Shown here in pieces: positions 7,680 through 16,763 of a stretch of 64,000 bases of DNA. Under the pieces are notes generated by a model. It saw only the letters and a list, made by a program, of their open reading frames with translations. It did not search any database and had not been told where the DNA came from. A program made the translations under genes and the position numbers. Position 1 is the first letter of the stretch. Each line of letters begins with the position of its first letter. Source of the DNA: an uncultured Thermoleophilaceae bacterium (lineage in GTDB: Bacteria > Actinomycetota > Thermoleophilia > Solirubrobacterales > Thermoleophilaceae); NCBI GenBank assembly GCA_963774095.1, contig CAVZDS010000005.1, positions 31,949 through 95,948 of the forward strand, read 5' to 3'.

Positions 7680-8747
7680 CTAGCCGAACAGGTACTCGTC
7701 CATCCGGCGCAGGCCGTCGAGGTCGTGCACGTCGTCGTCGAGGTGGGGCACCTCGATCATCGGCTTGCGGCCCAGGCGGCGGCGCAGGTCGGCGAGGTTG
7801 CTGCGGTCCTGGGCGGCCAGGCGGCGCTGCTCCTCGAACGTCCGCAGCACCTTGCGGGCGAGCGCGGGGTCGGCCAGCAGCCGCTCCAGGTCGGGGGCGG
7901 GGTTGCCACGCGGCGCGGGCGGGTGCACGCGGTTGGCCACCACGCCGGCGAACGGCAGCCCGGCGTCCAGGAGGCGATGGTGGAACCAGGCGGCCTCCTC
8001 CACGGCGTCCGCCCGCGGGGAGGTCACCAGGACGAACGCGCTGCGGCTGTCCGCCAGCAGGTCGTTCACGCGCTCGGCGCGCTCGCGGAAGCCCTCGGCC
8101 ATGCCGCCGAAGCTCGAGAAGAAGGCGCCGAGGTCCTCGAGCAGGTCCACGCCGGTGGCTCGATTCAGCACCGACAGCGCCATCGCCGAGCCGCGGCCGA
8201 GCACCTTGAGCCCAAGCATCCCCGGCCCGGTGAACATCTGGAGCGTGCGCGAGTCGATGAAGGCGGCCAGCTTCTTGGGCGCGTCGAGGAAGTCGAGCGC
8301 GTTGCGGGTGGGCGGCGTGTCGAGCACCAGCAGGTCGTAGCGGCCCTCCTGGTGGAGCTCGTGCAGCTTCTCCATCGCCATGTACTCCTGCGAGCCGGCC
8401 ACCGCGTTCGAGAGCTCCTGGTAGATGCGGTTCGAGAGCACGGCATCCCGCGTGCGCTCGTCGGGGGCGTGCCACTCCACCAGCTCGTCGAAGGTCCGCT
8501 TCGGGTCGAGCATCATCGCCCACAGCTCGCCCTCCACGTCCGCCTTCACGAGCCGCTCCTCGTTGCCCAGCTCGGGCAGGCCGAGCGAGTTCGCGAGCCG
8601 CTTCGCGGGGTCGATCGTCAGGACCGCGACCTTCTTGCCGCGCGCGGCCATGCCGAGCGCGATGGCCGCCGAGGTGGTGGTCTTGCCCACGCCGCCCGAG
8701 CCCGCGCAGATGCAGACCTCCTTGCGCTCGAGCCAGTCCGCGATCAC
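7680..8747 (-). CDS. ArsA/Get3-family P-loop ATPase, second gene of a pair (similar to the actinobacterial Rv3680 type)
   Basis: P-loop CICAGSGGVGKTTTSAAIALGMA, then VLTIDPAKRLANSLGL, typical of ArsA-like anion-transporting ATPase family proteins. The GTG start overlaps the stop of the upstream gene (GTGA at 8744-8747). Confidence 0.85.
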   Translation of the reverse strand: MIADWLERKEVCICAGSGGVGKTTTSAAIALGMAARGKKVAVLTIDPAKRLANSLGLPELGNEERLVKADVEGELWAMMLDPKRTFDELVEWHAPDERTRDAVLSNRIYQELSNAVAGSQEYMAMEKLHELHQEGRYDLLVLDTPPTRNALDFLDAPKKLAAFIDSRTLQMFTGPGMLGLKVLGRGSAMALSVLNRATGVDLLEDLGAFFSSFGGMAEGFRERAERVNDLLADSRSAFVLVTSPRADAVEEAAWFHHRLLDAGLPFAGVVANRVHPPAPRGNPAPDLERLLADPALARKVLRTFEEQRRLAAQDRSNLADLRRRLGRKPMIEVPHLDDDVHDLDGLRRMDEYLFG

Positions 8748-9658
8748 AGCCTGCGCTCCAGCTCCACGGAGAGCCGCTCGAGGTCGTCGCGGCCGAGCTC
8801 GGGCTCGAACACACGCGGCAGCGTGGTCACCGGCGCGCTGGCGGCGCGACGCAGCCTCCGGACCTGCCCATGTTCGGCACGAGCTCGGGTGTGTTCCGAG
8901 AGAGCTGCGTTCAGTGCGGCCTGCGTGACACGAGTGTCACCGGTAACGCCCATGAGGCGGTCGATCTCGGGCTTTCGGAACCGGACGGGGTGCACCGCGT
9001 TCACCACGATCGCGTCGATCGCCATGTCGAGGTCACGCCGCAGCGCGCGCTCGAACTCGACCGTCTCGTTCACGGGCATCTCCTCGGGGAGCGCCACCGT
9101 CAGCACGCCGGTCTGGGCGGGGTCGCGGATGAACGAGTCGATCCGCTCCGCGTGGCGGCCTACCGGCCCGACGCGCGCGATGCTCGCGTAGGTGCCGGGA
9201 GCGCGCAGCATTGCGAGCCCGTGGCCGATGGCCGGACCGTCGACGATCGCGAGGTCGTATCCGCGCCCGCCCGCGCGCGGCTCGAGCTGCGCGAGGTCCC
9301 ACACCTTGCCGATCGTCACGAGCTCCGTGAGCCCCGGGGCTGCCGCGGTGAGGTACTGGAACAGCCCGCTCCCGCTGAGCACCCCCGCGAGCGTGCGCGA
9401 CTTGAGCTGGTAGCGCAGCCACTCCTGCTTCGCCTGCTCGGGGTCGACCGACACCGTCGTGAGCTCCGGAACGAGCTGAGGCAGGCGCTGCTGCTCCGCC
9501 ACCTCGCACACCACCACGCGCTTGCCGCGCCGCGCGGCGGCCAGCCCGAGGGCGGCCGCGACGGTCGTCTTTCCGACGCCGCCCTTGCCCGTCACGAGGA
9601 CGAGCCGCTTGTCCAGTAGCGAAGGCACCGGACGCGAAGGGTGAAGGATTACGCCCAA
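8744..9658 (-). CDS. ArsA/Get3-family P-loop ATPase, first gene of a pair (similar to the actinobacterial Rv3679 type)
   Basis: P-loop LVLVTGKGGVGKTTVAAALGLAAARRGKRVVV. The track start is TTG 9658. An alternative is GTG 9628. Confidence 0.82.
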   Translation of the reverse strand: MGVILHPSRPVPSLLDKRLVLVTGKGGVGKTTVAAALGLAAARRGKRVVVCEVAEQQRLPQLVPELTTVSVDPEQAKQEWLRYQLKSRTLAGVLSGSGLFQYLTAAAPGLTELVTIGKVWDLAQLEPRAGGRGYDLAIVDGPAIGHGLAMLRAPGTYASIARVGPVGRHAERIDSFIRDPAQTGVLTVALPEEMPVNETVEFERALRRDLDMAIDAIVVNAVHPVRFRKPEIDRLMGVTGDTRVTQAALNAALSEHTRARAEHGQVRRLRRAASAPVTTLPRVFEPELGRDDLERLSVELERRL

Positions 9659-9681
9659 CCCGTGCGAATACCGCTTGCGTA

Positions 9682-10449
9682 ATGACTGCCAAGGCGAAGG
9701 TGATCGCGTTCACAAACCAGAAGGGCGGAGTGGCCAAGACGACCACCACGCTCAATCTCGCTGCGGCATTCGTCGAGCGAGGCCACCGCGTGCTCTGCGT
9801 CGATCTCGACCCTCAGGGCAACCTCACGATGAGCCAGGGGATCGACCCTGACTCGCTGGAGGCTTCGATGTACGACGTGCTCGTGCACCAGCTCTCCATC
9901 CGCGAGGTGATCCGCAAGCGCGAGGTCGACGTGGCCTGTGCCTCGATCGACCTGGCCGGCGCCGAGATCGCGATGTCCACGATGATCGGCCGCGAGCGCG
10001 CGCTGAAGAAGGCGCTCGAGCCCGTGCGCGAGGACTACGACTACATCTTCATCGACACTCCGCCGAGCCTCGGGCTGCTCACGATCAACGCCCTCACGGC
10101 GTCCCAGAAGGTGATCGTCCCCGTGCAATGCGAGTATCTGTCCATGCGCGGGCTGATCCAGCTCCAGAACACGCTGTCCATGGTCCGCGAGGAGCTCAAC
10201 CCCGACATCGAGATCGAGGGAATCCTGCCGACGCTCGTGGACAATCGCACCGTGCACGCCAAGGAGGCCATCGAGATCCTCGAGGAGAACTTCGGGGACC
10301 GCGTCTTCGCGTCGCGCATCAACAAGACCGTTCGTTTCGCCGAGGCCCCGGTTAAGGGCATGTCGGTACTCAAGTACGACCCGGACGGCAAGGCGGCCTA
10401 CGCCTACCGTCAGCTAGCGGAGGAGGTCCTGGCGAATGGCAAGCGGTAA
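9682..10449 (+). CDS. ParA/Soj-family partition-type ATPase; orphan, with no parB in the window
   Basis: Deviant Walker [18 protein letters not shown], then CVDLDPQGN, Walker B-like [11 protein letters not shown], and [15 protein letters not shown]. Full Soj-like length of 255 aa. Confidence 0.9.
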   Translation: MTAKAKVIAFTNQKGGVAKTTTTLNLAAAFVERGHRVLCVDLDPQGNLTMSQGIDPDSLEASMYDVLVHQLSIREVIRKREVDVACASIDLAGAEIAMSTMIGRERALKKALEPVREDYDYIFIDTPPSLGLLTINALTASQKVIVPVQCEYLSMRGLIQLQNTLSMVREELNPDIEIEGILPTLVDNRTVHAKEAIEILEENFGDRVFASRINKTVRFAEAPVKGMSVLKYDPDGKAAYAYRQLAEEVLANGKR

Positions 10450-12013
10450 GAGGGCGAGCATGCGCGAGGGTCCCCTGGCGCAGCTCTTCCGCAAGACGGA
10501 GGAGGACAACGCTCGTCCGGCCGAGCAGGAGCCGAAGCCGAGGACCGAGCAGGAGCCGCAGGAGCGGTCGCTGCGGCCTGAGCACGAGCCCAAGCTCGGC
10601 CGGCCGCTGCCTGAGGGCGGGCCCGCGCCGCAGGTCACGCGCCACGTGCCGGAGCCGCAGGCTCACAGCGAGCCGGATCTCCAGCCCGCGGACCGTGGCA
10701 CCGATCTCGGCGGCCGCAGGACCGAGGCCGCTCGCCGCGCTCAGGAGCGCGAGGAGCGCCGCAATCAGCACAGCCGCTATGAGGGCGTGCCCACTCCCGA
10801 GGAGCGCCTCAGGTCCGTCTTCTCGCAGGACATCCCCGAGAACATCCTCGATCGCGCTCCGGTGCCGGCGTCGCGCGAACCCGACCGTGAGCCGGAGCCG
10901 TTCGTCCCGTCACAGCCCGTGCACCCGACCGAGCCCGTGCTTCGGGTGGTCGGAGTGGGCGGCGCCGGCGTGAACGCCGTGAACCGGATGATCGAGGCGC
11001 AGGTGGAGGGCGTGGAGTTCATCGCCGTGAACACCGACGTCCAGTCGCTCGAGGGCTCGTCAGCCGGCACGCGGCTGCACATCGGCAGCGACGCGACGCG
11101 TGGCCTCGGCTCGGGCTCGAACCCGGACCTCGGGCGCGCCGCGGCGGTCGAGGACTACGACGAGATCAAGAGCCAGCTCAAGGGCTCGGACATGGTGTTC
11201 ATCGCCGCAGGCTCGGGCGGCGGCACCGGCACCGGTGCGGCGCCCGTCGTGGCGCGCATCGCCCGTGAGGTCGGTGCGCTCACCGTCGGCATCGTCACGA
11301 AGCCGTTCTCGTTCGAGGGCGCCCGCCGTGGCGAGCAGGCCGACCGTGGCGTGGACGATCTCGCCCGCGAGGTCGACACCCTGATCGTGATCCCGAACGC
11401 GCGCCTCCTGTCGGTGCTCGACAAGTCCACCTCGATGGTCGACGCCTTCCGCGTGGCCGACGACGTGCTGCGCCAGGGCGTGCAGGGCATCTCCGACCTG
11501 ATCACGCTGCCGGGCCTGATCAACCTCGACTTCGCCGACGTCCGGACGATCATGTCCGAGGCCGGTCAGGCGCTGCTCGGCATCGGCATGGGCTCGGGTG
11601 ACCGCCGCGCGATGGACGCGGTGGAGCACGCGATCGAGTCGCCGCTGCTCGAGACCTCCCTGGAGGGGGCGCGCTCGATCCTGCTCTCGATCACCGGCGG
11701 CCGCGACCTCTCCCTCTGGGAGGTCAACGAGGCCGCGAAGGCGGTGGCCGAGGCCGCGCACCCGGACGCGAACATCATCTTCGGCGCCATGGTCGACGAC
11801 AAGGTCGACGACCAGGTGTGGGTGACCGTCGTGGCCACCGGCTACGGCGACCGGCCCGTGCACCGGGCGCGCCCGCGCGAGGACGAGCACGGCCGCCGCG
11901 AGGGCCGCGGCATCCCGGCCGACGCCGAGCCCCAGGTGCGCCGCTCGCGCGAGCGCGTGACCGCCGGGACGCTGATGGACGTCGACGTGCCCGAGTTCCT
12001 GCCGCGCGGCTAG
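10436..12013 (+). CDS. ftsZ: Cell division GTPase FtsZ with a ~160-aa disordered N-terminal extension
   Basis: Core motifs are [17 protein letters not shown], the T4 loop [24 protein letters not shown] and [15 protein letters not shown]. The C-terminal peptide is [14 protein letters not shown] 10436 sits behind SD GGAGGAGG (10419-10426) and overlaps parA by 14 nt. Codons 1-160 are P/E/R/Q-rich but keep a coding-like third-position bias. Alternative in-frame GTG starts at 10919 and 10937 would remove the extension. Confidence 0.9.
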   Translation: MASGKRASMREGPLAQLFRKTEEDNARPAEQEPKPRTEQEPQERSLRPEHEPKLGRPLPEGGPAPQVTRHVPEPQAHSEPDLQPADRGTDLGGRRTEAARRAQEREERRNQHSRYEGVPTPEERLRSVFSQDIPENILDRAPVPASREPDREPEPFVPSQPVHPTEPVLRVVGVGGAGVNAVNRMIEAQVEGVEFIAVNTDVQSLEGSSAGTRLHIGSDATRGLGSGSNPDLGRAAAVEDYDEIKSQLKGSDMVFIAAGSGGGTGTGAAPVVARIAREVGALTVGIVTKPFSFEGARRGEQADRGVDDLAREVDTLIVIPNARLLSVLDKSTSMVDAFRVADDVLRQGVQGISDLITLPGLINLDFADVRTIMSEAGQALLGIGMGSGDRRAMDAVEHAIESPLLETSLEGARSILLSITGGRDLSLWEVNEAAKAVAEAAHPDANIIFGAMVDDKVDDQVWVTVVATGYGDRPVHRARPREDEHGRREGRGIPADAEPQVRRSRERVTAGTLMDVDVPEFLPRG

Positions 12014-12023
12014 GCTCGCCCAC

Positions 12024-13545
12024 ATGAAGGGGGTGGTCGCAGCCGGCCATCCGCTCACGGCGCAGGCCGGTGCCGATGTGCTGCGGGCGGGCGGCAACGC
12101 GGTCGATGCCGCCGTGGCGGCGGTGCTGATGTCGTTCGTCGCCGAGTCGCCCCTCACCGGGCCGGGCGCGGGCGGCTTCATGGTCGTGCACGCCGGCGGC
12201 GAGAGCCACGTGCTCGACTTCTTCGTGGCCGCGCCCGGTCTCGGCATCGAGAACCCGGAGCCGGGAGCGCTGCGTGCCGATCGACGTGCGCTTCAGCGAG
12301 GACGCGGTCCAGCGCTTCAACGTGGGCCCGGCCTCCTGCGGCGCCTACGGGACCACTCTCGGGCTGGCGGAGACGCTCGAGCGCTTCGGCAGCGCCCGGC
12401 TCGCCGACCTCACCGCCGCGCCGGCGCAGGCCGCTCGCGACGGGATCGAGGTCGTGCCGATGCAGGCCTTCCTGTTCGAGGTGCTCGAGCCGATCTTCCG
12501 GTCGACGCCGGAGTGCGCGGCGATCTACGCGCCGGGCGGCCAGCTGCTGGGCGAGGGGGACACGATCAGGCTGCCCGAGCTGGGCGACCTGCTCGAGCGG
12601 CTCGGTGCCGAGGGCCCCACCTTCCTCTACACGGGCGACGTGGCGGCGACCGTGAGTGACTGGGTGCTCGAGCGCGGCGGCCTGCTGAGCCGCGAGGACC
12701 TGCGCTCGTACGAGGTGATGGAGCGCCAGCCCGCGCAGGTGACCTACCGGGGCCGCGAGGTGCTCACGAACCCTCCGCCGTCATCGGGAGGGATCCTGAT
12801 CGCGGACGCGCTCGGGATCCTCGAGCGGCTCCCGCGGCCGCACGACCCGTACGTGATCGCCGAGGTGATCGCCTCGACGAACCGCGCGCGGGACGAGGAG
12901 TTCCTCGAGGGTCTCCATACCGAGGGCTTCCTCGAGCGCTTCCTCGCCAAGAAGGCGCTCGATTCGGTGGCGGTGGAGGTGCGCTCGCGCCTGGGGAACA
13001 CCACGCACATCTCCGTAATGGATGCCGAGGGCGCGTGCGCCTCGGTCACATGCTCGAACGGCTCCTGCTCCGGCGTGGTCGTGCCCGGCACCGGCGTGCA
13101 CCTCAACAACATGCTCGGGGAGCAGGACCTGAACCCGCTCGGGTTCCACCAGCACCCGCCCGGGGCGCGCGTGCCGAGCATGATGGCGCCGACGGTCGTT
13201 CTACGGGAAGGGCGGCCCGAGATCGCGATCGGAAGTGCCGGCTCGAACCGGATCCGCTCGGCGATCCTTCAGACGGTGCTCGGCGTGATCGACGACGGGC
13301 TGCCGGCCCAGGAGGCGGTGTCCGCCCCGCGCATCCACGTCGAGGGGCGCCAGGTGGACGCGGAGCCGGGGGTGGACGAGGGGCCGCTCGAGCGCCTCGA
13401 GCAGGCGGGCTGGCCGGTCCGCCGCTGGAGCGAGCTGAACCTCTTCTTCGGAGGGGTCCAGGCGGTGGCGCGGACTCCCGACACGGGGCAGCTCACCGGG
13501 GGCGGTGACCCGCGCAGGGGCGGGGTCGCCACCGTGGTTGAGTAG
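12024..13545 (+). pseudogene. ggt: Gamma-glutamyltransferase interrupted by a frameshift, or a sequence error
   Basis: The N-terminal ~80 aa (MKGVVAAGHPLTAQAGADVLRAGGNAVDAAVAA...HVLDFFVAAPG) are in the frame of ORF 12024-12659. The rest is in the +1 frame (ORF 12274-13545): VPIDVRF...NPPPSSGGILIADAL...GNTTHISVMDAEG, which contains the autoprocessing Thr motif, and ...GTGVHLNNMLGE. Deleting one base near 12273 gives the continuous ...PEPGAL-VPIDVRF... Confidence 0.8.
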
Positions 13546-13627
13546 CCCAAACTGTGTGGGTTTCCGCAATTTCGCGCGGGCTTTGGCGGGCGTAGGTTCG
13601 TCCTCGTCCCCGAATCCAGGAGTCCAC

Positions 13628-13903
13628 ATGACCACCGCCCTCCCCGTCTCCTCACCCCGCACCAACACCCTCCGCCGGATCCCCGTCCTGGCGGCGGCGA
13701 GTGCGCTCGTCGCGGCAGCCTCGATCAGCGTCACGCTGGCGGTCACGAACGACGGCAGCGACACGGCCTCGGTGTCGGCCCCAGCCGGCGCGACCAGCGC
13801 CGCCCCCGACCGCGCCACGCAGTACCGGAACGCCGCCGAGCTTCCGACCCCCAGCAGCGCGGCTGGCGCACAGGCCGCCGAGCGCTTCCACCACTTCCGC
13901 TAG
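13628..13903 (+). CDS. Small hypothetical protein (91 aa) with an N-terminal TM or signal-anchor segment
   Basis: ATG 13628 has a good SD, AGGAG (13618-13622), with 5-nt spacing. The sequence is MTTALPVSSPRTNTLRRIPVLAAASALVAAASISVTLAV, then an Ala/Ser/Thr-rich region ending AAERFHHFR. I recognise no family. Confidence 0.55.
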   Translation: MTTALPVSSPRTNTLRRIPVLAAASALVAAASISVTLAVTNDGSDTASVSAPAGATSAAPDRATQYRNAAELPTPSSAAGAQAAERFHHFR

Positions 13904-13997
13904 GTCCGAGCACGGGGACGGGGGCGGGCCCGAGAGGGCTCGCCGCGGCCGCGGAAGGGCGGGCGAGCCGGCCGAACCGCACCTATGATCGAGGCGC

Positions 13998-16763
13998 GTG
14001 GCACTTGCTCAGGAGGCATCCGCGGCGGCCGGCCTGCTCGGCCGCGACGTCGAGCTCCAGGCCGTGCGGGGCGCCCTGCTCCCCGCTCTGGCGCCTGTGG
14101 GCATCGTCCTCGAGGGCGAGGCCGGCATCGGCAAGACCGCGCTGTGGAGAGCGGGCGTCGCGGAGGCCGAATCCCGCGGCATGCGCCCGCTCGTCGCCCG
14201 GCCGGTGGAGGCCGAGACTGCGCTCTCCCACGCCGCGCTCGGCGACCTGCTCGGTCCGCTCGTCGATGGGCTCGGAGAGAGCGTCCCGGCGCTGCAGCGA
14301 CGCGCGCTCGATGTGGCGCTGCTGCGCGAGACCTCGGACGGGCCGGGGGTCGACCAGCACGCGGTGGGCGCCGCCACGCTGGCCGCACTGCGCACCGCAG
14401 CCGCCGAGGGCCCCCTGCTGTTGGCGATCGACGACGTGCAATGGCTCGACCCCGCTTCGGCAGCCGCGCTTCGCTTCGCGCTCCGCCGGTTGGGGGACGA
14501 GCCCGTCGTGCTATTCGCGACCCGTCGAGCCGGCCCCGCGGCGGAGGCGCCCGACGTGGGGTTCGGCGCAGACCGGCTCGTGCGAATCGGCGTCGGCCCG
14601 CTCGAGGCGGACGCGCTCCAGCGCCTGCTTCAGCGCAGGGTTGGCGAGAGCTTTCCGTGGCCGGCCCTCGTCAGGCTTGCCGAGCTCTCCGGCGGCAACC
14701 CCTACTACGCGCTGGAACTGGCCCGCGCCGCGGTGCGACAGGCCGGTGAGGCCGGCGCTGTGAGCGCCCAGCTCGCTCTGCCTGACGGCATCTACGCCGT
14801 TCTCCAGGACCGGCTCGCCGCACTGCCACCAGAGTCGAGGGAGGCGCTCGGGACGCTGGCGGCGATGGCTCACCCGACCGTCGCTGCGCTGGGCGCTGCT
14901 CTCGACCCCGGCGCACTCGACGATGCCTTCGCCGCCGGTGTCGTGCACGAGGACGGCGAGACGATTCGCTTCGAGCACCCGCTGCTGGCCGAGGCGGCGT
15001 ACCGGATGCTGCCACCGTCGAAGCGGAATGGGGTTCACGAGCGCCTGGCGGAGGTCGCGACTGACGCGGAGGAGCGCGCACGCCATCTCGCCGCCGCCTC
15101 CACCGAGCCCGACGCCGGCGTGGCGGGCGAGATCGAGAAGGGCGCTCGTGCCGCCGCCGCCCGCGGCGCCCGTGCCGCCGCCGCCGAGCTCCTCGAGGCC
15201 TCGGCTCGGCTGGAGCCCGATGCGGACCGTGCGGCCCGCCGCCGGATCGATGCGGTGCGAGAGCACAGGTCCGCCGGCGACGGACGGCGCGGAAGGCTGC
15301 TCGCCGCGGCCCTGGTGGACGAGCTTCCGGCGGGGCCTCTACGTGCGCGGGCGCTGATAGTGATGTCGGAGGGCGAGGGCCAGTTCGAGGAGCTCACGGG
15401 GTTCGCGCGTCAGGCCGCTGCCGAGGCCGGCGATGACCATGAGCTTCTGATCGAGGCATTGCTCATGCAGGGTGTGCTGCTACTGATCGCGGAGCATGAG
15501 GAGGATGCGCACGCGGCATTTCTGCGCGCCAAGGAGCTGTGTGACCCCGGAACGCCAGGGCCGCTCTACGTTCAGGCGCTGGGCAACTACGCCGACCTCG
15601 CCCACGTGCGGGGCGAGCCCGGTGCGATGGACCTGCTGCAGGAGGCCGCCGATCTCGAGGGCGACGACCTCATCCCAAATGCCCATTGGGGCCCCGGCAC
15701 CGTGTACGGGCGCGCCCTGCTGTTCGCCGACGAGCTGGACTCGGCTCGAACGCTGCTGGAGTCCCGTTACCGCCGCGCCATCGAGGTGGGAGACGACGAT
15801 TCCCGCACGGGTCTGTTGCAGTACCTGGCCGAGCTCGAGATGCGCGCCGGACGCTTTGACGTCGCCTTGCGCAACGTGGAGGAGGGACTCGCGCTCCAGG
15901 CGGCCTCATACGGGGCCGACGCCCAGGGGTCGACGCTCTATGCACGCACGCTGGTCGCCGTCTACCAGGGCGACGTCGAGCTTGCGCGCGAGCTCGGGGA
16001 GCGAGCGCTCGCCAAGACCGCGTCGCAGGGTGACGGCATCTTCCTCGGCGCGACGCAGACCGCGCTAGGACTTCTCGAGCTCGCGCTCGGGAACAATCCC
16101 GCGGCGGTCGAGTGGTTCAGGCCCCTCGCGGAGCGATTCACGGCAGGTCGGGGAGGTGAACCCGGACTGCGGCGCAACGTCTGCGTTCCCGACGCCGTCG
16201 AGGCGCTGGTGGGCGTCGGCCGGCTCGAGGACGCTGAGGAGCTGCTGGCAGCGTGGGAGCAGGCGGGCGAGCGCTTCGACCGGCCGCGGATCCACGCGAC
16301 GGCGTTACGCTGCCGAGCCCTGATCGCGGCTGCGCGAAGCGACCTGGGCGCAGCACTCGAGCACGCCGAGACCGCTCTTCGGCACCACGACGGGCTTCCG
16401 GTCCCGCTCGAGCGCGCGCGCACCCTGATCGTGCTGGGCTCGATCCAGCGGCGGGTGAAGCAGCGGGCCGCCGCGAGGGCCTCGCTCGAGGAGGCACTGG
16501 TGAGCCTCGAGGCGATCGGCGCCCGGCTGTGGGCGGAGCGCGCACGGGCGGAGCTCGGGCGGATCGGGGGCCGGGCGCGCTCCGGCGGGCTCACGCCCAC
16601 CGAGGAACGGGTGGCGGACCTGGTGGCCGAGGGCCGCTCGAACAAGGAGGTGGCCGAGGCGCTGTTCGTGAGCGTGCGGACGGTCGAGGCGAACCTCACG
16701 CGGATCTACGCGAAGCTCGGCATCCGCTCGCGCACGGAGCTGGCGAGCCGCGGCGGGCGCTAG
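13998..16763 (+). CDS. Large ATP-binding LuxR-family regulator (LAL/MalT-like: AAA ATPase + TPR-like region + C-terminal HTH)
   Basis: N-terminal Walker A IVLEGEAGIGKTALW. Walker B LLLAIDDVQWLD. C-terminal LuxR HTH LTPTEERVADLVAEGRSNKEVAEALFVSVRTVEANLTRIYAKLGI. Confidence 0.9.
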   Translation: MALAQEASAAAGLLGRDVELQAVRGALLPALAPVGIVLEGEAGIGKTALWRAGVAEAESRGMRPLVARPVEAETALSHAALGDLLGPLVDGLGESVPALQRRALDVALLRETSDGPGVDQHAVGAATLAALRTAAAEGPLLLAIDDVQWLDPASAAALRFALRRLGDEPVVLFATRRAGPAAEAPDVGFGADRLVRIGVGPLEADALQRLLQRRVGESFPWPALVRLAELSGGNPYYALELARAAVRQAGEAGAVSAQLALPDGIYAVLQDRLAALPPESREALGTLAAMAHPTVAALGAALDPGALDDAFAAGVVHEDGETIRFEHPLLAEAAYRMLPPSKRNGVHERLAEVATDAEERARHLAAASTEPDAGVAGEIEKGARAAAARGARAAAAELLEASARLEPDADRAARRRIDAVREHRSAGDGRRGRLLAAALVDELPAGPLRARALIVMSEGEGQFEELTGFARQAAAEAGDDHELLIEALLMQGVLLLIAEHEEDAHAAFLRAKELCDPGTPGPLYVQALGNYADLAHVRGEPGAMDLLQEAADLEGDDLIPNAHWGPGTVYGRALLFADELDSARTLLESRYRRAIEVGDDDSRTGLLQYLAELEMRAGRFDVALRNVEEGLALQAASYGADAQGSTLYARTLVAVYQGDVELARELGERALAKTASQGDGIFLGATQTALGLLELALGNNPAAVEWFRPLAERFTAGRGGEPGLRRNVCVPDAVEALVGVGRLEDAEELLAAWEQAGERFDRPRIHATALRCRALIAAARSDLGAALEHAETALRHHDGLPVPLERARTLIVLGSIQRRVKQRAAARASLEEALVSLEAIGARLWAERARAELGRIGGRARSGGLTPTEERVADLVAEGRSNKEVAEALFVSVRTVEANLTRIYAKLGIRSRTELASRGGR

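Noticed and set aside
10436-10940. The possibility that the FtsZ N-terminal extension is only an ORF-calling artefact, with the true start at GTG 10919 or 10937
   Set aside because: Not fully rejected. I kept the long form for three reasons: ATG 10436 has the best SD in the region (GGAGGAGG), it overlaps parA as at other coupled junctions, and the 160 codons keep a coding-like third-position bias with no stop. Neither GTG has an SD. Experimental start mapping is needed.
13937-13969. A GC-rich 8-bp hairpin (GGCTCGCC / GGCGAGCC, with a NotI-type palindrome in the loop) between the small anchored protein and the LAL regulator. Short hairpins also occur at 1665-1679 and 18029-18043.
   Set aside because: The stems are short, there are no U-tracts, and hairpins of this kind arise by chance in GC-rich DNA. 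The evidence is too weak to annotate them as terminators or attenuators.
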